From Mobula hypostoma (taxonomy: Eukaryota): a stretch of DNA of 64,000 nt. The first letter of the stretch is position 1; each line of letters starts with the position of its first letter. The stretch covers positions 54,562,001 through 54,626,000 of the forward strand of contig NC_086108.1 of the NCBI RefSeq assembly GCF_963921235.1, given 5' to 3'. Below, piece after piece: positions 1-11,774 of the stretch. The notes beneath the pieces were generated by a model. That model did not search any database. It was not told the origin of the DNA and was given only the letters and a program-made list of their open reading frames with translations. The position numbers were made by a program, and so were the translations under genes.

Positions 1-585
1 CTGAGCCCATTATCTGAGTTTCCACAAACTATTTTGTTTTTAACTAGTGAGTCTCTCAAATCTCCAAACTCACAGGACTTACTCAGTGTGTGAAGCTTGA
101 CTAAGTATTGGTCAAAGCTAACACCTTGTTTCTAGTCACAGGAAAAGAACTTGTTTTTCTCAAACAAGATGTTTTTAGTTGGGACAAAATACTCCTCAAA
201 TTTTGTCATCAGGGTGTCTAATGTAAAGCCTGTCTCATCAATTTGAAAGCTGTTATAGTTGTCCAAAGCATCTTCACCAATTACATTTCGAAAAATAGAG
301 ACTTCCAATTTTTCAACAACCGCTCCAAGTCTGCTAGCTGAAAATATATGTTGAATTGCTGTCTGAGGCATTTCCAGTTATCCATTAAATTGCAGGTAAA
401 CTGCATAGGTGTGGGACTACTTAGCTTATCCATGATGGGAATTTTCAGCCTTTCACCTGAATTTCCTGGTGAATTTAGGGACACTATGTGTTCTCTTACC
501 TTGCTGCCCGTCTTTTTTTTCATTGGAACTAGTGTCTCTCAGTCATCATGGTATTCATTTATGCTCACACTGACTTCTGACACCA
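1..585 (-). mobile_element. Ty3/gypsy LTR retrotransposon, 5' internal region (frameshifted gag); continues off the left edge
   Basis: Minus-strand gag-like peptides (NWKCLRQQFNIYF; VIGEDALDNYNSF...KFEEYFVPTKNILFEKNKFF) lie downstream of an LTR-like end (...GTAACA, LTR starts at 586 on +) followed directly by a primer-binding site (PBS). Confidence 0.8.
573..585 (-). promoter_or_regulatory. Primer-binding site complementary to the tRNA-Leu(CAA) 3' end
   Basis: Minus strand reads CA|TGGTGTCAGAAGT, the reverse complement of the ...ACTTCTGACACCA end of vertebrate tRNA-Leu(CAA). Confidence 0.7.
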
Positions 586-1149
586 TGTTACATTTATTCT
601 TAATAAAGACAAACTTAATGTGTGTAAAAACTAACACGTTTGATTCTGTACACTGTTCAACACTAAAGTTTGTGAGTTCTCCCTGAGGTGACATCATTTC
701 ACCTGGGACCTCTGGTTTCTGTCCATGTCTTGATGCCATGCTGGCTGTCAAGCCATTAACTACTGTAAAGTATCCCTCATGTAGGTGGGGCAGGGGAATT
801 GAGAGGGGGACCAGGGGATTTGATGGGAACATGGGAGACAAAGTGGAATTAATGGAGATAAGTGCTTGATGGGTGGTCCAGATACAATGGGCCAAAGGGC
901 TTGCTGCTGTTCTCTATGACTTCATATATTTGGACTTTAGTTTGATGGGAATTGTTTGATTTCCAGAAATGCGAACTCAAGTTTGCTTAGTTGCAGTTTA
1001 TTTTTCTTTAGATGGCTAATTAAGACAATGTAATACAGTAAATCATCTGAGATGATGTATGCAATGAGGTTTGATCTAACCAGGTAGGGGAAAGCGTCAT
1101 TTAATTGCTCACCCAGGCGTGGTTAGGATCCATGGTCTGATTGGTCAAC

Positions 1150-2345
1150 TATTGTTTTATTAGAAATGGAAGAGTTAGGAGAGGAGATCTTATTGAAAAC
1201 ATAGAACATCTAGAGGATCTGACAGGAAGGATCCTGAAATGTTATTTCCCCTAGCTAAGGCATCTGAAACAAATTTTCTCAAAACAAGCAGCCAATCGCC
1301 GAGACGAGAAAAATATCAGTTACTCGAAGAATCATGAATCTTTTGACTTCTCCATTAAGAGGGCAGCGGAGGCTTATTTCCTAGGTATATGCTAAACAGA
1401 TATTGATAGATTTTTGGTCATTATGTAATTCAATGTATGTGGCATTTATACAAGAAAGTAGCACTGAGGTAAGAGATCAGGTAAAAAGTGTGATAAGCTA
1501 AAAGTCTGCTCCTGTTCCTGCTTCATATATCTTATGTTCTTATAACATTTTACCAAATTTAACGTAATTATTTTTTGTATTATTCATTTACTTATCCTTA
1601 TTCCCCTTACAATCATTGTTCTAGCAAACTGTAATAATTAAATCTAATCTGTTTGCAGATAATCTATACTTTCATTTCCATTCAAAAGTAATATAATTAA
1701 ACCACATACTTCTCGGTGTTGCTAAAAATGGCTAAATAACCCTTGGCCGGAAGATCTATCGTGCTCCTTTTCCACCCCTATAGAAAGAGGCTGACGCCAT
1801 ACTTGGATTTATTTGACTTCCTTTCATCCAATGACCTCATTTATCAAGCCAATTTTTCATACATTTTAACTGCCTTATCAGCTTGTCCTGCCATTTGGAG
1901 AATCATATTTCTATTGGTTTTTAAATACTTATGTAGAAAGATAGGCTAACTTACATCCTAAACCTGAGCGAGGCTAATTTTGATGGCATTAGACAGGAAC
2001 TTACAAAGGTTGATGAGCAGAGGCTGCTTACAGGTAGAGGGATATATGGCAAGTGGGAGAAGAGGCTGCAGATGCTGAGATCTGGAGCACCAAACAATGA
2101 TATCAACATTGTGAAAGAGGAGTGTTAATGTCTTGAAGCTCATTGATGTGGATAAGTTCCCAGTGCATTTGAGAACACTGTGGCAAGCAAGGAAAAAATG
2201 GTGAAGTTTTTATACCTTTGTTTACTCATGGGGAAAGTACCAGAGGACTGGAAGATGGCAAGGACTGATTGGAGAAAGTCAGCTTGGCTTTGTGCTTGGG
2301 AAATCAAGTCTCACAAATTTGACTGAGTTTTTTGAAGGAGTGACA
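1150..2345 (+). mobile_element. Old, fragmented CR1 LINE remnants interspersed with unique DNA
   Basis: Degenerate CR1 ORF2 motifs (RGDLIE-like near 1180; PEDWKMA and NLTEFFEGVT near 2240-2345) and a CR1-like 3' tail near 1510-1540. Boundaries approximate. Confidence 0.5.
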
Positions 2346-2446
2346 GCAACACACAAAAAATGCTGGAGGAAGTCAGCAGGCCAGGCAGCATGTATGGAAA
2401 AGAGTTAACAGTCGACATTTCAGGCTGAGACCCTGCATCAGAACTC
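2346..2446 (-). mobile_element. Penelope-like terminal-repeat fragment
   Basis: Shares the AACACACA...TGCTGGAGGAA.TCAGCAGG.CAGGCAGCAT block with 13845-13977 and ends in a minimal hammerhead motif of the kind carried by Penelope terminal repeats. Confidence 0.6.
2410..2445 (-). ncRNA. Degenerate minimal type I hammerhead ribozyme (Penelope-associated)
   Basis: Minus strand: AGTT-CTGATGCA-GGG-TCTCAG-CCT-GAAA-TGTC-GACT. Stem I AGTT/GACT, stem II GGG/CCT, core CUGAUG(A>C) and GAAA, vestigial stem III. Core A9 is mutated. Confidence 0.55.
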
Positions 2447-3088
2447 ATGAGTAGCTGTCATCCTTCTGCTTAAGATATTTGTTCATTGTTTTTGGTAGGA
2501 AGTTCCAGAAATTAGAGACGAGGAAGGAATGGCAATACTTTGCCAAGTCAGGATGATATGTAACTTGGATGTAAACTTGAATGTAGGTAGGTTAATGGGA
2601 GATCTTTTACTGGCTCACATTATGCCATTCTTCACAGTCCAGGACTCTAGGTTTTATTTTGATCAGTCTTAAAGATGTCAGTGGAAAAAAATGGCATAAC
2701 AATTGATCTTGTAATCCATTTGAATAGAGAATGAGGGAAATCTGCTAAGTTCTCATTTAAGGTGCAAACGAAGACTAGTGTAACGCTCCTTGCAAGTGGC
2801 CCATAAGTATAGACATTAACAATGTCTATGTTTACTCACAAATTAACATAGCAAGTTGAACCAAACATCCGAAGGTACCAAGTTTTGACAATCTGAGAAA
2901 TTTTAGAAACTGAAATTTCACCCTTTGTCTAATATTAATGTTTGAGCAGTTGTAGAATTTGTCCTTTCATATTATAAATTACTCAGAATTTGAGTGTCCT
3001 TACTTCTTTCCTATCTTTCAATTTTAACTCAAGAATGAATTTGTTTTAAATGCAATTATTTTGGATTTACTGACTGCCTCTGAACTTT

Positions 3089-4773
3089 ATAGACAATAGA
3101 CAATAGACAATAGGTGCAGGAGCAGGGCATTCAGCCCCTCGAGCCAGCACCGCCATTCACTGTGATCATGGCTGATCATTCACAATCAGTATCCTTTTCC
3201 TGCTTTCTCCCCATATCCCTTCACTCCGTTATCTTTAAGAGCTCTATCTAACTCTTTCTTGAAAGAATCCAGAGAATTGGCCTCCACTGCTTTCTGAGGC
3301 AGAGCATTCCACAGAATCACAACCCTCTGTGTGAAAAAGTTTTTCCTCAACTCAGTTTTAAACTGTCTACCCCTTATTCTTAAACTGTGGACTCTGGTTC
3401 TGGACTCCCCCAACATCGGGAACATGTTTCCTGCCTCTAGTGTGTCCAATCCCTTAATAATCTTATATGTTTCAATCAGATCCCCTCTCATCCTTCTAAA
3501 TTCCAGTATATACAAGCCCAGTCGCTCCAATCTTTCAACATATGACAGTCCCACCATCCCGGGAATTAACCTCGTGAACCTACACTGCACTCCCTCAATA
3601 GCTAGAATGTCCTTCCTCAAATTTAGAGACCAAAACTGTACACAATACTCCAGGTGTGGTCTCACCAGGGCCCTGTACAACTGCAGAAGGACCTCTTTGC
3701 TCTTATACTCAATTCCCCTTGTTATGAAGGCCAACGTGCCATTAGCTTTCTTCACTGCCTGCTGTACCTGCATGCTTACTTTCAGTGACTGATGAACAAG
3801 GACACCTAGATCTCGTTGTACTTCCCCTTTTCCTAACTTGACACCATTCAGATAGTAATCTGCTTTCCTGTTCTTGCCACCAAAGTGGATAACCTCACAT
3901 TTATCCACACTAAACTGCATCTGCCATGCATCTGCCCACTCACCCAACCTGTCCAAGTCACCCTGCATTCTCATAACATCCTCCTCACATTTCACACTGC
4001 CACCCAGCTTTGTGTCATCTGCAAATTTGCTAATATTACTTTTAATCCCTTCATCTAAATCATTAATGTATATTGTAAATAGCTGCGGTCCCAGCACCGA
4101 GCCTTGCGGTACCCCACTAGTCACTACCTGCCATTCTGTAAAGGATTCATTAATCCCTACTCTTTGTTTCCTGTCTGCCAACCAATTTTCTATCCATGTC
4201 AGAACCCTGCCTCCAACACCATTTGCTCTAATTTCGCCCACTAACCTCCTATGTGGGACCTAATCAAAGGCTTTCTGAAAGACCAGGTACACGACATCCA
4301 CTGGCTTTCCCATGTCCATTTTCATAGTTACATTCTCAAAAAATTCCAGAAGATTAGTCAAGCATGAATTCCCCTTGGTAAATCCATGCTGACTCGAACC
4401 TATCCTGCTACTGCTATCCAAATATGCCGCTATTTCATCTCTTATAATTGATTCCAGCATCTTCCCCACCACTGATGTCAGACTAACTGGTCTATAATTG
4501 CCTGTTTTCTCTCTCTCTCCTTTCTTAAAAAGTGGGATAACATTAGCTACCCTCTAATCCGCAGGAACTGATCCTGAATCTATAGAACATTGGAAAATGA
4601 TTACCAATGTGTCCACGATTTCTAGAGCCACCTCCTTAAGTACCCTGGGATGCAGACCATCAGGCCCTGGGGATTTATCAGCCTTCAGTCCCATCAGTTT
4701 ACCCAACACCATTTTCTGCCTGATGCGAATTTCCTTCAGTTCCTCTGGCCACTATTACATCTGGGAGATTGTT
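3089..4773 (-). mobile_element. CR1 LINE, 5'-truncated, with a 351-aa uninterrupted RT/C-terminal ORF2 segment
   Basis: ORF 3186-4241 has SGVPQGSVLGP, KFADDTKL, LVRPHLEYCVQFW and RGDLIETYKI. (ATTGTCT)n 3' tail at 3089-3112. Confidence 0.95.
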
Positions 4774-5569
4774 GAATAATTTATAATGTTGAACTGGAAG
4801 GAACAATTTAATCCTCAAAACCTGATCCAAATCTTCCACTGGCTGCATGCACTCTACCAGTGCATGCACTGTTTCAAACCATTACTTCGATGCTTGTCGC
4901 TTGGGTGGCAATCTGATAGCTGTAGAGTTGATACTGTATCAGGTTCCAGTGAACTTTCAAGGAGGCATTAGCTCACACGATATCACGGTGTAAAAATGTG
5001 AATTCTTTTATCATAACGAGATCAGTTGTGTCTTTAATGCCATATTCACCAATAATACCCAGCTTCCTATGCAGGGAAAAATAAGTATAGGTTTTCTCTG
5101 GGATGCTGTATAATTCGATTATTGAAATATAAATTTTAATCCCTCTTTACACTATATTGCAGGAGAATAAGGACGACTTCATGGAGTAAAAGGCAAATTT
5201 AGAATTTTATAAAATCAAAAATTAGAATATTTTTCAATTTCAATCATGTTTTGAAATTACATTGTATTAAGTGTCAGCATGTTAAAAAAAGGATTATTTT
5301 AGTCTGTGGTAGAATGTATTTAAATATTTGGCTACAAAATATTTGTGTATAAGTAAAACTTCAGGAGACACTATTTCAGTGTTAAATATCGTCTCTAAAT
5401 ATAGGAACATTCTAACTGTAAGAACTTAATTTTGTATTCGGTTTAGAAACAATTTATGTAACATTTTATAAATAAAAGCATATTTTCTGGAACTGTGTCC
5501 GGATTGTAAAAATATGGTGTCTTTTTTGTCTAGCCTCCTTTACTTTCTACCATATTTTATTTTCCTCAG

Positions 5570-5713
5570 CCGTTCTACCGAATTTAACTTCAATTAGCCA
5601 GTTTGAAAGATGGCTTACGAAATATTGCGAGCTGTCGTCCTCGGTGTGCCTAGCTCTGGAAGGTTATCTCTCAGAGAATAACCAAATATTTTGGTCTCAG
5701 ACACTTGGCGAGT
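5570..5713 (+). CDS. Candidate internal host-gene exon (144 bp, phase 1-1), product unknown
   Basis: Pyrimidine-rich acceptor (TTTTATTTTCCTCAG), GTAAGA donor at 5714, open frame VLPNLTSISQFERWLTKYCELSSSVCLALEGYLSENNQIFWSQTLGE, CpGs retained, non-repetitive context. Peptide not recognised. Confidence 0.3.
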
Positions 5714-6449
5714 GTAAGATCAGACTCTTAGGTACATAGGAGTATGCAGGCCTCTGTTGATGTCAGTGCGCTATGATCTGTGCTGCACCAACACAACTCA
5801 TCCCTGACTGTCTTAGAAGTGAGAACCGTACATAGCAGAATTTTCCAAAATGCATTTTGAGGTCTGCACATCATTCTCTGATTTATTTGATCCAGTGCCA
5901 ATGTAGTCTAAAGTATGTCCTTCAGATACTTCATGGCAATGTGAAATCCATTTCCTATTGTGTAGAAAATTACAGCAAGCAGTTTGGAAGTAAGCTATAT
6001 GAGCTAATCTGCTTTGGTAACTTGGGTTGAGGCTGGAACACACAAGATATTCCCTGCATTATTAGTTTAACCCAGTATGGTGTTTAGCTCTCTCCCTGCT
6101 GTCAGGCTGGAGTCTGAATTTGGTGCGGCCAGCAGTGGCAAGGCAACTTCAAAAGCGAATACAGTACATCTGTGCACTATTCAGTACGAAGAAGCACACT
6201 GTTTGTTTTACTGTAGGCCAGGATGTCAGTTGCGACCTTCACCTCTCGAGTAAGACAAGTTAGCCCCATCTGCCTTATGAACTAATCAGAAGATAACTAT
6301 TGAAAAATACAGTGCACAGGAGAGTGTGGCAAATCCCACAGGATCCCTTAATTCAGCCAGTAAAAGCTGTCCTCATTGTATGGCAGGACTCTGTTAGAGT
6401 GTTGTAGAACAGAGGGAGTTGGGGACATATGTGTGGTGGTACAGGTACA

Positions 6450-7005
6450 TAGTTCCTGAAAGTAGAGAGGATGCTGAAAAAGGTGTTTGACACACTTGCC
6501 TGTATTAGCCAGGGCATTGATAGCAAGAATTGTGATTTTACGTTGAAGCTTCACAAGACATTGCTGAGACCACATTCATACCGTTCTGATTGCCTAAACC
6601 GGAAAGGGTGCAGAACTGATTCACAAAGATGCTGCCTGGCTTGAGCTATAAGCAGAGCTTTGGGCTGCCTTCCCTGGACAGCAGCACCCTTTGTAATCGT
6701 GAGGAGAATAGATAAGGTAAATGGTCTCAATCTTTACTGAGTAGCGAAGCCTAAAGCTACAGAACAAAGCGTCTTAGGTGAGGGGTGAAAGATTTTTTTC
6801 ACACACAGGCTTGTGATATATGGGACAAGCTGCCAGAGGAAGCTGAAGAGGCAGATACAACTCCAACATCTAAAAGACATTTAGACATTTCCATGGTAGG
6901 AAGGGTTAATGTCGACCAAACTCAGGTAAATGGCACTAGCTCAGTTTGGATCAAATGTGTAGAGTACTGGGTGGCCTGTTTCCACGCTGCAGAACTCTAT
7001 GACTT
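6450..7005 (+). mobile_element. Old CR1 LINE 3' fragment
   Basis: Degenerate FFHTQ..IWDKLPEEAEEADT..SKRHLD (CR1 ORF2 C-terminus) followed by a CTCTATGAC tail. Confidence 0.65.
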
Positions 7006-7410
7006 TACCTGGATTTGCTCATCACAAATTATTCATCCATGATCACTTCCCAACAGCATGGAGTAAAAGTAGATAATCCTGAAATCAAGCTATAGGCTGA
7101 ATTGTTGGAACTCTATACAGTACTCCCCACACGAAGCAATTACGATTCCCAACCACAATAGACTGACATAAAACATCTTGCAGTTTTTGAACCCCACACA
7201 GCACTACATCATATATTCTGTCATTAAAGGTTAGTATCAACATTGTTTAAGAAAATTGTGAGCTGAAAAACAGTTCATTTTATCTTCTTTTGGCATATCA
7301 TTCCTTCAGCTCAAATCATTTCCATTGTGGTAAGTGGAAATATTTAATCAGCCTTTTTGAGTGAAAATTGATGCTTCCTCAGCAGTTGTAGAATACACCT
7401 TTTGGTGCTA

Positions 7411-7527
7411 CTTGAACACGTCTTCAGTGATGAACCCGGGGTCGTAGGGTGTTTTGGGTCTTTAATCATCTGACACCCTCACCTGGTCAACCCGGGGGGG
7501 GGGTGATCAGCCCCCGACATGTCCAAG
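7411..7527 (-). ncRNA. Structured 3' UTR resembling a rearranged hammerhead ribozyme (degenerate copy)
   Basis: Enclosing helix CTTGGACATG/CGTGTTCAAG, stem GGGTGT/ACACCC with a GUC site, stem GATGA/TCATC, core CTGAAGA. GAAA appears as AAAA in a CpG context. Confidence 0.4.
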
Positions 7528-8735
7528 TGGCGCACTAATCCACGGATCCCCCCCTCCGGATCCACAGCCACTGCGAGGTCTTTTCAGCGGCCTCCAGAAT
7601 GTTCTTGGTGGCTCTTCTGCACTGCAGTCCTTAAACTCCAAGGAATTTTAGAGTCTGCTGTAATGAATGGCCAGCAAAGCCCCAACACCCAACTTTGACT
7701 GGCTCACAGCGAGCTCTCCAGCCATTGCTCCAGCATCCTGCAACAAGATCTGTATATTTAGCCTTCTTGCGCTCGTTGGCCTCTTCAATCCGGTCTTCCC
7801 AGGGGACAGTAAGTTCCAGCAGAACAACTTGCTTTGTAGACTCCGATATTAACACCATGTCCGAGTGGCTGCGATGTTCTCTGGGAACTTGAGCTGCGTT
7901 CCTAGATCGACTTGGAGCTGCCAGTCTCGTGCAGTGGCAAGAAGCCCTCCTGAGGAGCTAGGCCGATGTTGAGCCTTCTCCCCCGCTCTGATAAAGGTGA
8001 TGGACTGTTTGGGAGTGTGCTGATTTTTGCTGTCTTGAATCGCTGTGCTGATTGCATCCGCCATAGACCTTAGGACTTGGTCATGGCACCAGTGGTATCG
8101 CCCTTCCCCGACGCCTTCGGGCAGCAACTTAGGATATGCTCCAAGGTGCCCCTCCTCTGGCACAGTTGGCATGCTGGAGTGTTTGCCATGCCCCACCTGT
8201 GCAGGTTGGCCGGGCTTGGGAGAACGTCATAGACTGATTGGATGAGAAACTTGATGTGCAATGGTTCGGCTCTCCAGCGCTCTGTCCAGGTGAACTTGCG
8301 AGGTTCCCCATGCTCCCATCTAGTCCAGGCACCTTGTTTGAACATGCCGGCCATCTTGCTGTATCGTTCTTCCTCCACTCCTGCTCGTATCTCGTCCTGA
8401 ACCAGTTGACGCTTCTCCTTTCCAGAGCCATGCCTCCACTGTGTCGACAGCTTCCTGTGCCTGCCACTTCCTTCCGGTCTTTACACAGATTCCTGCCGAA
8501 GTGACTTTAACATCAGAGGAATCTCGGTACATCATAACCTCCCTGGTTCGAGTGACTTTGAATTGCTCTGACAGGCCGCTGATGGGGAGTTGTAGCTTGG
8601 TGGAATGCCCAGACAGGGCAATGCAGCTTAAGATCCGGGGGAGCCCCAGCCATCTCCGGAGAAACTGACTGATGGTCTTCTCCAGAGCCTCCACTGTTGA
8701 CATTGGCACCTCATAGACTAGAAGGGGCCAGAGTA

Positions 8736-10851
8736 CATAGAACATAGAATAGTACAGCACAGTACAGGCCCTTCAGCCCACAATGTTGTGCCGACCCTCA
8801 AACCCTATCTCCCATATAACTCCCCACCTTAAATTCCTCCATATACCTGTCTAGTAGTCTCTTAAACTTCACTAGTGTATCTGCCTCCACCACTGACTCA
8901 GGCAGTGCATTCCATGCACCAACCACTCTCTGAGTAAAAAACCTTCCTCTGATATCCCCCTTGAATTTCCCACTTCTTACCTTAAAGCCATGTCCTCTTG
9001 TATTGAACAGTGGTGCCCTGGGGAAGAGGCACTGGCTGTCCAGTATCTATTCCTCCTAATATCTTGTACACCTCTATCATGTCCCCTCTCATCCTCCTTC
9101 TCTCCAAAGAGTAAAGCCCTAGCTCCCTTAATCTCTGCTCATAATCCATACTCTCTAAACCAGGCAGCAACCTGGTAAATCTCTGCTGTACCCTTTCTAA
9201 TGCTTCCACATCCTTCCTATAGTGAGGCGACCAGAACTGGACACAGTACTCCAAGTGTGGCCTAACCAGAGTTTTATAGAGCTGCATCATTATATCGCGA
9301 CTCTTAAACTCTATCCCTCGACTTATGAAAGCTAACACCCCATAAGCTTTCTTAACTACCCTATCCACCTGTGAGGCAACTTTCAGGGATCTGTGGACAT
9401 GTAACCCAGACCCCTCTGCTCCTCCATACTACCAAGTATCCTGCCATTTACTTTGTACTCTGCCTTGGAGTTTGTCCTTCCAAAGTGTACCACCTCACAC
9501 TTCTCTGGGTTGAACTCCATCTGCCACTTCTCAGCCCACTTCTGCATCCTATCAATGTCTCTCTGCGATCTTCGACAGTCCTCTACACTATCCACGACAC
9601 CACCAACCTTTGTGTCACCTGCAAACTTGCCAACCCATCCTTCTACCTTGACATCCAGGTCGTTAATAAAAATCATGAATAGTAGAGGTCCCAGAACAGA
9701 TCCTTGTGGGACACCACTAGTCACAATCCTCCAATTTGAATGTACTCCCTCCACCACAACCCTCTGCTTTCTGCAGGCAAGCCAATTCTGAATCCACCTG
9801 GCCAAACTTCCCTGGATCCCATTCCTTCTGACTTTCTGAATGAGCCTACCATGTGGAACCTTGTCAAATGCCTTACTAAAATCCATGTAGATCACATCCA
9901 CTGCACTACCCTCATCTATATGCCTGGTCACCTCCTCAAAGAACTCTATCAGGCTTGTTAGACATGATCTGCCCTTCACAAAGCCATGCTGACTCTCCCT
10001 GATCAGACCATGATTCTCTAAGTGCCCATAGATCCTATCTCTAAGAATCGTTTCCAGCAGCTTTCCCACCATGAATGTAAGGCTCACTGGTCTATAATTA
10101 CCTGGACTATCCCTACTACCTTTTTTGAACAAGGGGACAACATTCGCCTCCCTCCAATCCTCTGGTACCATTCCCGTGGACAACGAGGACAAAGATCCTA
10201 GCCAAAGGCTCAGCAATCTCTTCCCTCGCCTCGTGGAGCAGCCTGGGGAATATTCCTTCAGGCCCCGGGGACTTATCTGTCCTAATGTATTTTAACAACT
10301 CCAACACCTCCTCTCCCTTAATATCAACATGCTCCAGAACATCAACCTCACTCATATTGTCCTCACCATCATCAAATTCCCTCTCATTGGTGAATACTGA
10401 AGAGAAGTATTTATTGAGGACCTCACTCACTTCCACAGCCTCCAGGCACATCTTCCCACCTTTATCTCTAATTGGTCTTACCTTCACTCCTGTCATTCTT
10501 TTGTTCACATAATTGAAGAATGCCTTGGGGTTTTCCTTTACCCTACTCGCCAAGGCCTTCTCATGCCCCTTTCTTGCTCTTCTCAGCCCCTTCTAAAGCT
10601 CCTTTCTTGCTTCCTTATATTCCTCAATAGACCCATCTGATCCTTGCTTCCTAAACCTCATGTATGCTGCCTTCTTCCACCTGACTAGATTTTCCACTTC
10701 ACTTGTCACCCATGGTTCCTTCACCCTACTATTCTTTATCTTCCTTACCGGGACAAATTTATCCCTAACATCCTGCAAGAGATCTCTAAACGTCGACCAC
10801 ATATCCATAGTACATTTCCCTGCAGAAACATCATCCTAATTCACACCCACA
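8736..10851 (-). mobile_element. Young CR1 LINE, 5'-truncated, inserted into the HERO element
   Basis: ORF2 segments 9383-10216 and 8982-9368 (PGNYRPVSLT, DFSKAFDKVPH, GVPQGSVLGP); (TTCTATG)n tail at 8736; AGTA duplicated at 8732-8735 and 10851-10854. Confidence 0.95.
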
Positions 10852-11774
10852 GTAGCCTTGGCAGGACTCCGTGTTGGTACATCCAGGCTTTGAATTTTCC
10901 TGGAAGCCCAGGTTTATCAATCGCAGTGAGCCAGGTTATCAAGTCGCTCCTGCTTTGTTGAAGTGCGGCTGTGTCCTTCAGGGAACTGTTGAAGATCGTG
11001 CCCAGACTCTTGACTGGTTTTTCTGTCACTGTTGGAATCTGGATCCCTCCCAGGGTAAAGCGGAACCGGTCGGCCACTCTTCCCTTCTTCAGGACCAGAG
11101 ACCTGGACTTGGCTGGTTTAAAGCTCATCCTTGCCCATGAGATGAGCCATTCCAGCCTTGAAGGAGCCATCTGCACCCAGGGACGGATGTTGCCATCACC
11201 TTCAGGTCGTCCATGAGTGCTCTTATTGGGGGCTGCCGAGTACCAGATCTAGACATGGGGCCTCTACATTCCACCTCCGCTGACTTGACAATCAGGTTCA
11301 TGGCCAGTGAGAAGAGTGGCACCGAGATTGTGCAGCCAGTGATTGTGCCCTTCTCCAGCCGATGCCAGGCGGATGTTACTGACCCTGAGGAGACTCTCAA
11401 CCTGAAGCTGCTGTAATTGTCCAGAATGAGGCACCTAATTATGGACTTTAATATTCCAGTCAACTATACAGAAATAGACGCTTCAAAATCTACTTTAACT
11501 CTCTGAAGTTGTAGCATCACCAGAATGTCTAACTTTACATCATGGTTCTAACAAGTTAGTTGGAACAAGTGAAATACTTTTGAATACTGCTGTCTGGCTT
11601 AAGAAGTCACTGATACAAGGACATGCACACCACTTGCTAAGAAATGAAGTGCATAGCATCCTGTTAGATAATCTTAGCTTAAATTGCAGCGTGCATAACA
11701 TTTTGTGATATATGCTTTGTGGGTGCACTGTGATCTGCAGGAACATTGCTTCATTTGGTTGTGTACCAACTACC

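Larger units (their letters stand above)
7385..11445 (-). mobile_element. HERO-type (RLE-encoding) non-LTR retrotransposon, 5'-truncated, split by a CR1 insertion into 7385-8735 and 10852-11445
   Basis: RT motifs GTITGCTISVPLFSLAMN and RALMDDL, WARMSFKPAKSRS, CCHC knuckle CQLCQRRGTLEHILSCC, RYHWCHDQVL, and PD-(D/E)xK-type nuclease DMVLIS..VVLLELTVPWEDRIEEANERKKAKY. The frame LPRLLW|PLLVYEV rejoins across the CR1. Clade assigned from motif recall. Confidence 0.85.

Noticed and set aside
3331..4263. Plus-strand ORFs antisense to the CR1 RT (also 9371-9961 and 27835-29325)
   Set aside because: Shadow frames of CR1 ORF2, repeated only because the elements are homologous.
6077..6253. Short open frame (about 58 codons) in unique DNA
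   Set aside because: No recognisable motif, ambiguous splice signals and a length expected by chance.
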